Shown here piece after piece: positions 1 through 9,489 of a stretch of 64,000 nt of DNA (position 1 is the stretch's first letter; the number at the start of each line of letters is the position of its first letter). The translations under genes were made by a program, and so were the position numbers. The notes under the pieces were generated by a model. The model had not been told where the DNA came from and did not search any database. It saw only the letters and a program-made list of their open reading frames with translations. Source of the stretch: an uncultured Enterobacterales bacterium (GTDB lineage Bacteria; Myxococcota_A; UBA796; JAFGLY01); NCBI GenBank assembly GCA_964481655.1, contig CAYZVO010000004.1, positions 1,702-65,701 on the forward strand, given 5' to 3'.

Positions 1-1355
1 ATCACCTCGATGTGCTGCTCGAGACCCGGCATCATGCGGCTGGCGATGGAGATGAGCCGCTGGGCGACCCGTTCTTTCTCAGCCTGGTATGCAGCCCGGT
101 CCTCGGGCCAGTTCTCGATGTCGGCGTAGCTGTGGATCACCACCACCGACTTGCCCGGGGGCGCGTAGAAGTCGTCGCCCAGGTTCGAGTAGAGGGTCAG
201 CGTGATGGCGGCTTCGTCGTAGGAGCCGTCCATCATCGACTCGTAGACCCGGTTGGTGTCCAGGCTGGTGTTGTAGAAGATCTCGTGGTCGGTGATGCCC
301 CAGTGGGAGCTGTCGACGTCCAGGCCCATGTAGACGCCCACCAGGCCGTTGGAGGGGGTCATGCGCTCGAGCTTGCGCAGCAGGCTGGAGGGCAGGTGCT
401 CGGCACCCACGAGCTTGTGGAAGGTCTGGTAGGGATCGGCGTTGCTCACCACGTAGCGGGACGCGATCCGCTGGCCCTGATCCGTGGTGACGCCGGTGAC
501 CCGGCCCGCGACGACGTCGATGGAGTCCACGCGGGTGCCCGTGCGCACCTCGCCGCCCAGCTCGACGATGCGCTCGGCGTAGGCGTCGGCCAGGGCCTGG
601 GACGAGCCCCGGATGTGGAAGGCGCCGTGGGTGAGGTAGTGGTGGTTGGCCGAGTAGAAGATGATGGGCCAGAGCTGATCGGGCGGCGGCCCGTAGTAGA
701 CCCACAGCTGGGCCACGACGGCCTTGAGGCGCTCGTCCAGGAAGTAGCGGTCCAGGATCTCGCCCATGTTGCCGGTCATGTTGCGGACCACAGCCGGGGC
801 CTGGAAGGGGATGGCGGCCTTGGCCACGGCGGGGCGGCGCTGCATGTCCGCCAGCTTGCTGGCCTGCTCGCCCACGGCCCGCATCTCCTCGTGGAAGGCG
901 ATGATGGCGGGGCACTCCTCGGGCCAGGCCTCGCACAGGGCCACCACCGCATCGTCCCGGTCGCCGGGCATGGTGAAGTCCAGGCCCGGGGCCACGGAGC
1001 GGTACAGCTCGTGGATGGGGATCAGCTCGATCTTTTCGTCCACGCCGGTCTCGTGGAGCAGCTCGCCCAGGCGGGTGTCGGGGGTGCCGCCCACCATCTC
1101 GTGCAGGGCCGCGTCGAAGCGGAAGTCGCCGCGCTCGAAGCTCGAGGTGCAGCCACCGACCTTGTGGTGCTGCTCCAGGAGCAGGACCTCGAAGCCGTAG
1201 CTGGACAGCAGGGCCCCTGCGGCCAGCCCGCCCATGCCGCCGCCGACGACCACGACGTCGTACTCGGGCTCGGGAGGGGCGTCTGCTTCGGCCAAGGCGG
1301 TCCCAGACCACAGGCAGGTGAGCAGGAACGACAGCGCGACAAGACGCAGGATCAT
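1..1355 (-). CDS. FAD/NAD(P)-binding oxidoreductase, phytoene-desaturase (CrtI)/amine-oxidase-like family; C-terminus lies beyond the left window edge
   Basis: This frame is absent from the supplied track because it has no stop inside the window. Hand translation from ATG 1355 gives MILRLVALSFLLTCLWSGTALAEADAPPEPEYDVVVVGGGMGGLAAGALLSSYGFEVLLLEQHHKVGGC... It has a signal-like N-terminus, a GxGxxG Rossmann motif and an EQ..VGG second motif. It stays open for 451 codons with G/C-rich third positions. Confidence 0.75.
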   Translation of the reverse strand, partial: MILRLVALSFLLTCLWSGTALAEADAPPEPEYDVVVVGGGMGGLAAGALLSSYGFEVLLLEQHHKVGGCTSSFERGDFRFDAALHEMVGGTPDTRLGELLHETGVDEKIELIPIHELYRSVAPGLDFTMPGDRDDAVVALCEAWPEECPAIIAFHEEMRAVGEQASKLADMQRRPAVAKAAIPFQAPAVVRNMTGNMGEILDRYFLDERLKAVVAQLWVYYGPPPDQLWPIIFYSANHHYLTHGAFHIRGSSQALADAYAERIVELGGEVRTGTRVDSIDVVAGRVTGVTTDQGQRIASRYVVSNADPYQTFHKLVGAEHLPSSLLRKLERMTPSNGLVGVYMGLDVDSSHWGITDHEIFYNTSLDTNRVYESMMDGSYDEAAITLTLYSNLGDDFYAPPGKSVVVIHSYADIENWPEDRAAYQAEKERVAQRLISIASRMMPGLEQHIEV

Positions 1356-1503
1356 CGTGACTCCGAGCGGCGGACCATCGCCGAGCCTGCGCCTATCACG
1401 GGGTGGGCGGGTGCGGTGCTGCGATGGGGCGCATGGGCGAACAGCAGCGACGCACCGACGCCACGCACCACTCCGAGCCCCTCCCGAAGGCTCGACCGCC
1501 ACG

Positions 1504-3303
1504 CTAGTCGATATACCCCAACGCACGGAGCGCATCCTCGTTGCTCCCCTGCTCCTGGGCCCCCACCAGCCGCCGCTCGCCGACCAGCTCATCGTAGCTG
1601 GCGGGCGCCTCGGGCAGCGCCGGAGGCCGCAGGAACATGGCGGCCGGGGCCTGCCCGACCATGTCCAGGGCGGGGGCCAGCCCCACCAGGGACAGCAGCA
1701 CGGGGGTGATGTCCAGGTGGGTCATGGGATCGAGCCCGACCCCCGACGCCAGCTCGGGACCTGCGGCCACGAAGATGCCGTCGCGGGCGTGCATCCCGGA
1801 GTAGGCCTCGGTGAGCCGCACGAAGTCGGCCAGGGGCTCGCCAGCGACGGTGTCGCTCTCGATCCGGGCACGGTCCACCCGCTCGTCGGCCAGGGTCAGC
1901 CCGATGGAGCGCGGGTCGTCGGCCACAGGCTCCCAGCGGTAGAACGGCTCGCCGGTGCTGGCCTGGGTGAGGCCGCCGAGCAGGCCGCGGATGCGCTCGA
2001 GCTCCATCTCCGGGTCGTCGCCGGTGACCGTGACCACCACCTTGTGGCCGAGCTTGACGGTCTCCACCCCCTCGACCCGCTCCCCCAGCAGCTCGCGCAG
2101 GCGCTCGGTGCGCGGCGCGAAGAACATGCCGGCGTCGTCGCCATCCAGGGCCTGGAAGCCGTGGTCGCTGACCAGCACCACGTGGCCGTCGTCGGGGAGC
2201 AGGGCGAGCAGCTCGGCGAGGACGGCGTCGGCCTGCTGGTAGGCCCGGGGGATGCTGTCGCCCCAGCGCTCGATGCCCCCGGGCTGCACCCCCGAGAACA
2301 GCTCGGGCTGGTGGTACTTCCAGAAGCGGTGGCCGATGGCGTCGGTGGCGTAGTCGGTGAAGCTGGCCACTTCGGGGCGCTGCTCGTGCATCAGGAAGAC
2401 GAACAGGTCGCGATCCATCATCACCCGGATGAGCTGGCCGTCGCGGTGGGCGCGCTCGGGGTCCGGGCCCAGGATCTTCTCGCTCAGGGAGAAGCGGGCG
2501 GCGGCCACGATGGTGCCGAAGCGGAACCCGCGGGCGAGCCCCTCGAGGGCCAGGGTGGCGTTGGAGCGGGTGGCCTGGACCTGCTTGCGCTTGAGCCGCC
2601 GGGACAGCTCGATCTCCTTGATGAAGGAGATGTCCGACGGCCAGGTGTCGGGGGCCGGCGCGAGCCAGGCGGGGACCTGGAAGGTGGAGATCTCCTGGGG
2701 CGGGTAGGTCACCAGCCACTTGTAGATCCCCGTGCGCAGCCCGGCGTCCTCCATGATCTCCCAGAACCGGGCGGCGCGGCAGGCCTCGGCGTTGACGTTG
2801 AAGCCGTGGACGCCGTGCTCCTCGGGGGTCTTGCCCGTGGACATGGTGGTCCACAGCAGGGGCGAGAACATGGGCTCGGCCGCCTGCAGATCCGCGTGGA
2901 CGCCGCGCTCGAGCAGCGCGTCGAGGGTGGGCAGCTGGGGGCGCATGGGCTCGATGAGCTCGAAGGTGGCGCCGTCGATGCCCACCACCAGCAGCTGCAG
3001 GCCGTCGACCCGATCCGGGCGCGGCCAGATCACACCCACCACGGGGCTGGACGCCCAGCCCGCCAGCCACAGCAGCGCCGCGATGATGGTCGGGATCCGC
3101 CCGAACCAGCGGCTCAGGATCAGGCCGAGCAGGGCCCCGCAGATCCCGGCAGGCAGCACGGCGAGCAGCAGCCACAGCCCGGGCTGGTCCAGGAACCAGG
3201 GGTTCTTCAGCTGGGCCCACAGCAAGGGCGCCAGGGCGAGCAGGCCCCCGAGGCCCGCGCCCGTCAGCAGGGCCGCCACGCGAGAGGGGGAGCGCTGGCT
3301 CAT
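1504..3303 (-). CDS. membrane-anchored alkaline-phosphatase-superfamily protein (type I phosphodiesterase/nucleotide pyrophosphatase-like)
   Basis: Start trimmed to MSQRSPS (ATG 3303), which overlaps the upstream stop as ATGA. Three N-terminal hydrophobic helices. Motifs VVGIDGATFELI, TMSTGKTPEEHGV and VVLVSDHGF are typical of AlkP-fold metal and nucleophile sites. Confidence 0.7.
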   Translation of the reverse strand: MSQRSPSRVAALLTGAGLGGLLALAPLLWAQLKNPWFLDQPGLWLLLAVLPAGICGALLGLILSRWFGRIPTIIAALLWLAGWASSPVVGVIWPRPDRVDGLQLLVVGIDGATFELIEPMRPQLPTLDALLERGVHADLQAAEPMFSPLLWTTMSTGKTPEEHGVHGFNVNAEACRAARFWEIMEDAGLRTGIYKWLVTYPPQEISTFQVPAWLAPAPDTWPSDISFIKEIELSRRLKRKQVQATRSNATLALEGLARGFRFGTIVAAARFSLSEKILGPDPERAHRDGQLIRVMMDRDLFVFLMHEQRPEVASFTDYATDAIGHRFWKYHQPELFSGVQPGGIERWGDSIPRAYQQADAVLAELLALLPDDGHVVLVSDHGFQALDGDDAGMFFAPRTERLRELLGERVEGVETVKLGHKVVVTVTGDDPEMELERIRGLLGGLTQASTGEPFYRWEPVADDPRSIGLTLADERVDRARIESDTVAGEPLADFVRLTEAYSGMHARDGIFVAAGPELASGVGLDPMTHLDITPVLLSLVGLAPALDMVGQAPAAMFLRPPALPEAPASYDELVGERRLVGAQEQGSNEDALRALGYID

Positions 3304-4250
3304 GCGGGCTCCTGTGGGTCGGGCTCGAGGAAGCGGCCCGGCTCGAAGTGGTCCCAGAAGTGCCAGTCTTCCGGATGCTGGGTGAGGCAGTCGCTGAGGA
3401 AGCTCGCCACCAGATCCGCCCCCGCCTCGAGCACCCGCTGCCTGGGGAGCTCCCGAGGGAGCTCGAGGGGAGCGCCGATCTCGGTGACCCAGCGGGGACG
3501 CGCGCCCGCGCGGCGGTGGGTGCGCAGGGGCAGCAGCGGCGCACCAGCCTGCCAGGCGAGCCAGACGGGGCTGACCGGGACGCCCATGGGCTGGCCGCAG
3601 ACCTGGCGCACCAGCCGGCGTCCCAGCTCCTGGCCGCCCCCGGTGCCGTCGCAGGTGGCCATCACCACGCCGCCGTCGCGCAGGGCCCGCAGCACCGGCC
3701 GCAGGAAGCCCTTGCCGTCGTGGACGGTCACGGGCATGGAGGCCTCGAGGGCCCGGCGGCTGCCCGCGGCCCACTCCCCCACCCGGCTAAGGCCGGTGAC
3801 CACACCACCGCCCACCTGGTGCACGGGGTAGCCGAGCACGCCCATGCCGTGCAGGGGCAGCTGCACCGGGCCCATGTGGGGGTGCATCAGCAGCACCCCG
3901 CGGCCGTCCTCGAGGGCGCGGTCCACGTGGTCCAGGCCCCGGATCTCCACGTAGCGATCCAGGGTCTGCCGGGTCATGCGGGGGAAGCTGACGGGCAGGT
4001 ACTGGTGCTGGAAGTGGGTGCCGAAGGTGCGGGCGGCCACCCGAGCCAGGTCCTGGCGGGCGGGGAAGGCGCGGGCCAGGTTGCGCTCGATGCGCTCGAG
4101 GCTGCCGCTGGAGGCCAGGGCCACGAGGCGACCCAGGCGGCGGTTGGCGGACAGCTCCCAGCCGTGGGGCAGGCGGGCGATGGCCTGGCGGTAGGGGCCC
4201 CAGATGGCGAGGCGGTAGGCGTCCCGCAGGGGCGACTCGGCGAAGATCAC
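3300..4250 (-). CDS. LpxL/HtrB-family (lipid A biosynthesis-type) acyltransferase
   Basis: ERIERNLARAFP..., RGLDHVDRALEDGRGVLLMHPHMG and VMATCDGTGG resemble the lauroyl/myristoyl acyltransferase family layout. Translationally coupled to the downstream gene. Confidence 0.6.
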   Translation of the reverse strand: MIFAESPLRDAYRLAIWGPYRQAIARLPHGWELSANRRLGRLVALASSGSLERIERNLARAFPARQDLARVAARTFGTHFQHQYLPVSFPRMTRQTLDRYVEIRGLDHVDRALEDGRGVLLMHPHMGPVQLPLHGMGVLGYPVHQVGGGVVTGLSRVGEWAAGSRRALEASMPVTVHDGKGFLRPVLRALRDGGVVMATCDGTGGGQELGRRLVRQVCGQPMGVPVSPVWLAWQAGAPLLPLRTHRRAGARPRWVTEIGAPLELPRELPRQRVLEAGADLVASFLSDCLTQHPEDWHFWDHFEPGRFLEPDPQEPA

Positions 4251-4264
4251 TGCGCGTCCCCCCG

Positions 4265-6241
4265 CTAGTCGATGTAGCCGAGGGCCCGCAGCGCGTCCTC
4301 GGCTTCGCTGGACAGCTCCTGGTTGGAGCGCTCGACCATCTCGGTGCTCATGCCCTGCAGCAGCCGGTCGGACTGCTCGGCGAGCATGCCCATCAGCTGG
4401 CCACCCGCCGGGTCCTGCAGCTGGGCCTCGAGGGCGCAGACCTCCTGGGTGGGGTCCGCCTCCATGTCGTAGTACTCATCGGGATGGTCCGGGGACTCCC
4501 GGCGCACGAAGAGGCTGGTGGGGGCCCGCAGGCTGGCGAGGCGCCAGGTCGGGTCCGTGATCAGGCCAGCCTGGCGCGCCGCCTGGTTGGCGGGCCGATC
4601 GAAGCACAGGCCGCGGGCCTGGATGCGGTGGCCGGTGCCCTGGATGGTGTCCCTCAGGGAGCGGCCCTCCATGCCCTCGGCGCTCGGAAGCCCGATGAGA
4701 TCGAGGATGGTGGGGGCCAGGTCCACCAGCTCCACCGGGTCGCCCACGGTGACGCCGGCGTGCTCGCCACCGGGGAGCTTCATGGCCAGGGGGACCCAGG
4801 TGGAGGCGTCGTACAGGTCGTCGCCGTGGTCGAACCAGACCCCGTGCTCGCCGATGGACTCGCCGTGGTCGCCGTTGACCACCACCAGGGTGTTCTCCAG
4901 CTGACCCCGCTGCTCGAGCAGGTCCAGCAGGCGCCCGAGCTGGGCATCGGCGTAGCTGATCTCGCCGTCGTACTGGGCCACGACCCAGGGCACCGAGGTG
5001 ACGCCCTTCAGGCTCTTACGCAGGTAGGTGGCGACATCGTGCTGCTCGGTGACGAGGGTCCCGCCAGCCACGGAGGGCTGCAGGCCCTGGGTGTACAGCT
5101 CGTCGTAGGGCGCCGGGGGCTCGTAGGGGCCGTGGGGATCGAAGAGGTGGACCCAGAGGAACCAGGGATCGTCCTTGGTCTGCAGCCAGATGATGGCCTT
5201 GTCGGTGGTCTCGTCGCCGCGCCGCTCGACCTCCATCTCGGGGTCGAAGTGCCGGCGGACCATGGCCACGGAGCGGAAGAAGACCAGATCACCGAGGCCG
5301 GGGAAGATGCCCAGCTCGTCGTCGTAGGTGTCGAAGCCCCTGGAGAAGCCGTAGGAGCCGTCGAGCACGTAGGCCGAGACGAAGGCCGCGGTCCGGTAGC
5401 CCCGCTCCCGCAGCAGCACGGGCAGGGTGGGGAGCTCCTGGCGGATGGGCACGCCGTTGAGCAGGGTGCCGTGGGTCCAGGGCCCGGTGCCGGTGAGCAT
5501 GGTGGTGTGGGACGGCCCGGTGACCGCGATCTGGGCGAAGGCCTGGTCGAAGAGCACGCCGCCGTCGGCCAGGCGCTGGAAGGCCGGGGTCTCGGCCCGG
5601 CCACCGTAGGTGGACATGCGGTCGGCGCGGACGGTGTCGATGGTCACCAGCAGCACGTTGGGGGCGTCGGGGGCGGGCTCGCCCGGGGGATCGCCCATGG
5701 GCACGGCGGTGACGGTCCAGACCCCGATGAGCAGGCTGACCACTGCGACGGCGACCGAGCTGGCCCGGACACCGTCCAGCTTCCAGACCGCCAGGCCCCA
5801 CAGCCCGGCCACCACCGCCAGGAAGACGCCGAAGACGGCGTGGTTGCCCTGCATCCAGACGCCGTCGGTGAAGGGAGGCGGATCGGTGTACCAGAACACC
5901 GCCAGGCCCCAGCAGACCACCGCGAGAACGCCGGCGAGGAAGCCCGCGAGCAGGCGGCGGCTGCGGGAGGCGCCCCCCAGGGGCAGCCCCACGAGCAGGC
6001 CGGCGAACAGGCCCGCGGGCACCACGGTCAGCAGGCCGCCCAGCAGGAGCACGCCGGTGACCGCGCCCTCGTCGAGGAAGGTGGCCCCGAGATCCACGCG
6101 CAGGGCCTCGGCCAAGCCGAACAGACCAGCACCCACGGCGGCCGCGGCTACGGTGAGGCGGGCGCTCGACAGGGAGCCGGACAGCTTGCTGCGGATGGAG
6201 TCGACGAAGGACACGGGGCCTCCCGGGGTGAACGCGGGCAC
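4265..6241 (-). CDS. sulfatase-like hydrolase/transferase with N-terminal multi-TM domain (LtaS/EptA-like architecture)
   Basis: About 190 aa of hydrophobic helices precede LLVTIDTVRADRMSTYG, AVTGPSHTTMLTG (Thr/Ser in place of the Cys/Ser-x-P-x-R formylglycine motif) and VVVNGDHGES. GTG start at 6241. Confidence 0.75.
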   Translation of the reverse strand: MPAFTPGGPVSFVDSIRSKLSGSLSSARLTVAAAAVGAGLFGLAEALRVDLGATFLDEGAVTGVLLLGGLLTVVPAGLFAGLLVGLPLGGASRSRRLLAGFLAGVLAVVCWGLAVFWYTDPPPFTDGVWMQGNHAVFGVFLAVVAGLWGLAVWKLDGVRASSVAVAVVSLLIGVWTVTAVPMGDPPGEPAPDAPNVLLVTIDTVRADRMSTYGGRAETPAFQRLADGGVLFDQAFAQIAVTGPSHTTMLTGTGPWTHGTLLNGVPIRQELPTLPVLLRERGYRTAAFVSAYVLDGSYGFSRGFDTYDDELGIFPGLGDLVFFRSVAMVRRHFDPEMEVERRGDETTDKAIIWLQTKDDPWFLWVHLFDPHGPYEPPAPYDELYTQGLQPSVAGGTLVTEQHDVATYLRKSLKGVTSVPWVVAQYDGEISYADAQLGRLLDLLEQRGQLENTLVVVNGDHGESIGEHGVWFDHGDDLYDASTWVPLAMKLPGGEHAGVTVGDPVELVDLAPTILDLIGLPSAEGMEGRSLRDTIQGTGHRIQARGLCFDRPANQAARQAGLITDPTWRLASLRAPTSLFVRRESPDHPDEYYDMEADPTQEVCALEAQLQDPAGGQLMGMLAEQSDRLLQGMSTEMVERSNQELSSEAEDALRALGYID

Positions 6242-6298
6242 TCTATCTTCCTACGCAGGAAGCTCCACTGTGTTGCGCCACGAGCGTCAGCGCGAACA

Positions 6299-7405
6299 CT
6301 ACGGGGCGTCGCCAGCTTCCCAGATCTCGTCGAACCAGGCACGGAATTGGTCGGCCACGGCCGGCCGGGAGACCGCCACCGAGCTGCCGTTGTACAGCTC
6401 CATCGAGCTGTAGGACCAGTTGGCGTCTCCGACGATCACGGTGTCGTCACAGCGCAGCATCTTGGCGTGGGTGGTGACGTCCCGGTCCGCGAGCCGCAGG
6501 GGCACGCCGCGGGACTCGAGCAGATCGATGGCCTCGTCGTTGATGTCGTTGCTGGCGATCCAGTCGCTCTGGTCCAGCACCACCTTGACGTCGATGCCTC
6601 GTTCGTGGGCCGAGACCACCCGGTTGATGAGGCTGGTGACGTCGCCGCCCTCGCCGGACCGGTAGGACAGGGCGTACATCACCAGGCGGACCTCGTCCTG
6701 GGCGTCGTCGAGGCAGGACATGAGCGCCCCGCCGATCTCCTGGTTCACGTAGGGGACGATGTCGTCCACCGCGGGCTTGCTCAAGCTGGGCGTGTCGCTC
6801 GAGTCGGCCCACATGGCCTGGAAGTAGTCCTCGAAGTAGGCCGTGACCTCGGGCTCCGCGATGTACATGGAGGCCTCGTGGTTGTTGCCCAGGGCGCTCG
6901 AGCTCATGTTGTGGGAGCCGACCAGGGTGAGGTCGTCGATCACCATCAGCTTGTTGTGGGAGGTGGTGCTGCTCGAGTCGAGTTTGGCCTGCACCCCGCC
7001 CCCCGATGAGCTGTTGAGCCACGAGATGATGGAGGCCGTGTCGTCGACCTCTTCGTCCGCCAGCACCTTGACCTCCACACCCCGCTCGGCGGCGTCCACC
7101 AGCTCGAGCAGCAGCTGCTCCGCCAGCCCGGAGTCGTACAGCAGGTACTCGATGACGTGGACCCGGGTCTGGGCGGCCTCGATGGATTCCCGCGCGAACC
7201 AGAAGTAGTCGCCGTCGTTGGCGGCCTGGGTGCAGCGCAGATCCGGCAGGCCGGTGGAGGGGTCCTCGAAGCCCGACTCGCCGACACAGGCTTCGCCGGG
7301 GGTGCCGCTGTCGTCGGTGACCGGCTTGCTCACGGGACAACCCAGGGTGAGAGAGGCGAACGCCAGGGTCAGCGGGAGGGTGACGGTGGTGGGTGTGCGC
7401 ATCAT
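6299..7405 (-). CDS. phospholipase D-family lipoprotein (two HKD motifs)
   Basis: Lipobox LAFASLTLGC. HKD motifs TSHNKLMVIDDLTLVGSHNMS and TTHAKMLRCDDTVIVGDANWS. Confidence 0.85.
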   Translation of the reverse strand: MMRTPTTVTLPLTLAFASLTLGCPVSKPVTDDSGTPGEACVGESGFEDPSTGLPDLRCTQAANDGDYFWFARESIEAAQTRVHVIEYLLYDSGLAEQLLLELVDAAERGVEVKVLADEEVDDTASIISWLNSSSGGGVQAKLDSSSTTSHNKLMVIDDLTLVGSHNMSSSALGNNHEASMYIAEPEVTAYFEDYFQAMWADSSDTPSLSKPAVDDIVPYVNQEIGGALMSCLDDAQDEVRLVMYALSYRSGEGGDVTSLINRVVSAHERGIDVKVVLDQSDWIASNDINDEAIDLLESRGVPLRLADRDVTTHAKMLRCDDTVIVGDANWSYSSMELYNGSSVAVSRPAVADQFRAWFDEIWEAGDAP

Positions 7406-7531
7406 GGGCGCACCTTAGCGCCGGCCCCGCCGCTGTGCTGGGAGGATCCCGCCTTAGATGATCGAGCGCGCCCGCGGGCGCGAAGCGAGGCGGCTCGAGC
7501 TATGCTGGTGGTCTGACAGGGAGACCTCTGC

Positions 7532-8554
7532 ATGCGCGTCCAACTCGCCATCCTTTGTTGCATCCTGCCCAGCACGCTGGCCGCCTCCTGCTACCCCAAC
7601 GGCGCGACGGTCAAGGACGACACATCCTGGACCCCGGTGGACACCGAAGGCGACACCGACACCGACGCCGACACGGACACCGACACGGACACCGACGTGG
7701 TCGACACCGGGACACCCTGGGACGAACGCAGCTGGCCCAGCTCCCAGGAGATGTTCATCGCCTTCGCCTACCCGGCGTCCCAGGAGCAACTGTCGGTCGA
7801 GATGGGCCTGCACATCATGGGGGCCGATCAGGTCGACAGCACCACCTGGACCCTCGACTACGAGGGCACGGACTGGACCATCCACATCGAGCGCAGCGCC
7901 GAGAACATGAACGAAGGCCTGCGCACGCCGGGCGCCGTCGTGATCTACGCCGGCCACTCGAACTACGGCCTGGGCGGTGTGTTCTCCGATCTGCCCGACT
8001 TGAGCCCCATCGAGGAGATCACCACCGTCGAGGACTTCTACAACTTCGGCGGCCCCCACGCGGCGATCAACTACGCCTACCTGGTCCAGGAGCAGGCCTA
8101 CCCCAACCTCGTCATCCGGCCGGACGACATCGCCGAGGACCCCGAAAACTACCTGGTCCCGATCCTAGAGGAAGAGCGCTTCCCCAACTCCGCGGGCGTG
8201 GGCGTCGGCGACACCTTCCCGCTGCAGGGCAGCGGCTCGAGCGCCTACCACTACAGCAGCGACGGCAACGCCTACCTGATCGTCAACGCGGGCGCGGACG
8301 ACATCCCTCCGCCCGAGGAACAGCAGTACGACGTGCTCTTCGTCAAGAGCTGCAACTCGGGCCGCTACTACATCGAGAGCTTCCAGCGCGGCGACTTCTT
8401 CTACACCATCGACAACGTCTACGCCGAAGAGATGGTGGTCACGGTCGACCTGTTCGTGAAGCACATCATCATGCGGACCCCCTACTGGGAGATCCCCGAC
8501 CTGCTGGACGAGCGCGAAGGCAACGACGTCTACGAGTGGGTCAAGATCGATTGA
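7532..8554 (+). CDS. hypothetical lipoprotein with (Asp-Thr)n linker
   Basis: Signal and lipobox ILPSTLAASC, then DTEGDTDTDADTDTDTDTDVVDTG. The globular part has AVVIYAGHSNYG ... VLFVKSCNSGRYY (a possible His/Cys pair, see findings). High GC3. Confidence 0.6.
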   Translation: MRVQLAILCCILPSTLAASCYPNGATVKDDTSWTPVDTEGDTDTDADTDTDTDTDVVDTGTPWDERSWPSSQEMFIAFAYPASQEQLSVEMGLHIMGADQVDSTTWTLDYEGTDWTIHIERSAENMNEGLRTPGAVVIYAGHSNYGLGGVFSDLPDLSPIEEITTVEDFYNFGGPHAAINYAYLVQEQAYPNLVIRPDDIAEDPENYLVPILEEERFPNSAGVGVGDTFPLQGSGSSAYHYSSDGNAYLIVNAGADDIPPPEEQQYDVLFVKSCNSGRYYIESFQRGDFFYTIDNVYAEEMVVTVDLFVKHIIMRTPYWEIPDLLDEREGNDVYEWVKID

Positions 8555-8567
8555 TCCCGTTCGCGTT

Positions 8568-9380
8568 CTAGCGCAGGTAGTCGAAGCCCTCGAAGTCCAT
8601 CTGGAAGCTGTAGCCGTCGACCTGGCCGCCGGACTCGCCGCTGACGCAGTCCAGCCCGCGGGCGTCCATGAGGTCGTTCAGGGTCTCGTAGCCCCACTTC
8701 TGCCAGCCCTCGAGCACGATGGAGAGGGCCTCGGCCTCGGAGATGCAGCCGGTGATGGAGGCGGAGACCTCGGCGTCGTCCTCGAGGAACACGCCAGACA
8801 TCTGGGCCTGGTGCACCGAGAAGCCGAAGCCGAAGCCGCCGACGTTGCCGAAGTTCATGGTGATGCCGGAATCGGTCGAGCTGAAGCGGCCGCCGTCCAT
8901 CACGTTGCTCAGGGTCATCGGGGAGCCCGACGCCGAGAAGTCGTACTCGCCCGAGTCGTCCGGGCCCACCGGCTCGCCCACGCCGAAGGATGAGTCGAAG
9001 GTGGCGCCGATCTCGCCATCGACGTCGAACAGGATGACGATGGTGTCCGAGTAGGGCGGCATCAGCCCCTCGAAGAGCCCGTCGACCACGTCGTTGAGGT
9101 AGTCGGCCTCGAGGAACTCGGTGAAGTACAGGGCCGAGACCACGAAGGTGGGGGACTCACGGGTGGTGTAGTCCGGCCCCGGATCCGTGTCGGTGTCGCT
9201 GTCGGCGTCGGTGTCCGCGTCGGTGTCGCCGTCGGCGTCGGTGTCGGTGTCCGTGTCGGTGTCGGTGTCCGCGTCGCCGTCGGGCACGTCCGTGTCGTCG
9301 CCGATCACGAGGCCCTTGTGGCAGGTGCCCGCCAGGGCGATGGGCAGGGCGGCGGCGAGGGCGAGGATCCGGAGCTTCAT
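8568..9380 (-). CDS. hypothetical lipoprotein with long (Asp-Thr/Ala)n linker
   Basis: Start trimmed to MKLRILALAAALPIALAGTC (lipobox), followed by DGDADTDTDTDTDTDADGDTDADTDADSDTDTD. The track ORF extends upstream without support. Confidence 0.6.
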   Translation of the reverse strand: MKLRILALAAALPIALAGTCHKGLVIGDDTDVPDGDADTDTDTDTDTDADGDTDADTDADSDTDTDPGPDYTTRESPTFVVSALYFTEFLEADYLNDVVDGLFEGLMPPYSDTIVILFDVDGEIGATFDSSFGVGEPVGPDDSGEYDFSASGSPMTLSNVMDGGRFSSTDSGITMNFGNVGGFGFGFSVHQAQMSGVFLEDDAEVSASITGCISEAEALSIVLEGWQKWGYETLNDLMDARGLDCVSGESGGQVDGYSFQMDFEGFDYLR

Positions 9381-9489
9381 GATGTCACCAGTGCAAGGGA
9401 TGGAGGGAGCAGGGGATGGTGCATCCGACCGTGACCGTGGCCACTCTACCACGCGCTCGTAGCGGTCGGCATCTCGAAAACCGCATGAC

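Noticed and set aside
12-1709. A 565-aa plus-strand ORF, together with the 79-1311 and 1022-1342 minus-strand ORFs.
   Set aside because: All have Arg/Gly/Pro/Ala-rich nonsense composition. The third minus frame (absent from the track because it has no stop in the window) encodes a clean GxGxxG flavoprotein.
7467-7482. The 16-bp perfect palindrome CGCGCCCGCGGGCGCG in the PLD/lipoprotein divergent region.
   Set aside because: It consists purely of G/C. Such dyads are expected by chance in 70% GC DNA, and nothing else supports a regulatory role.
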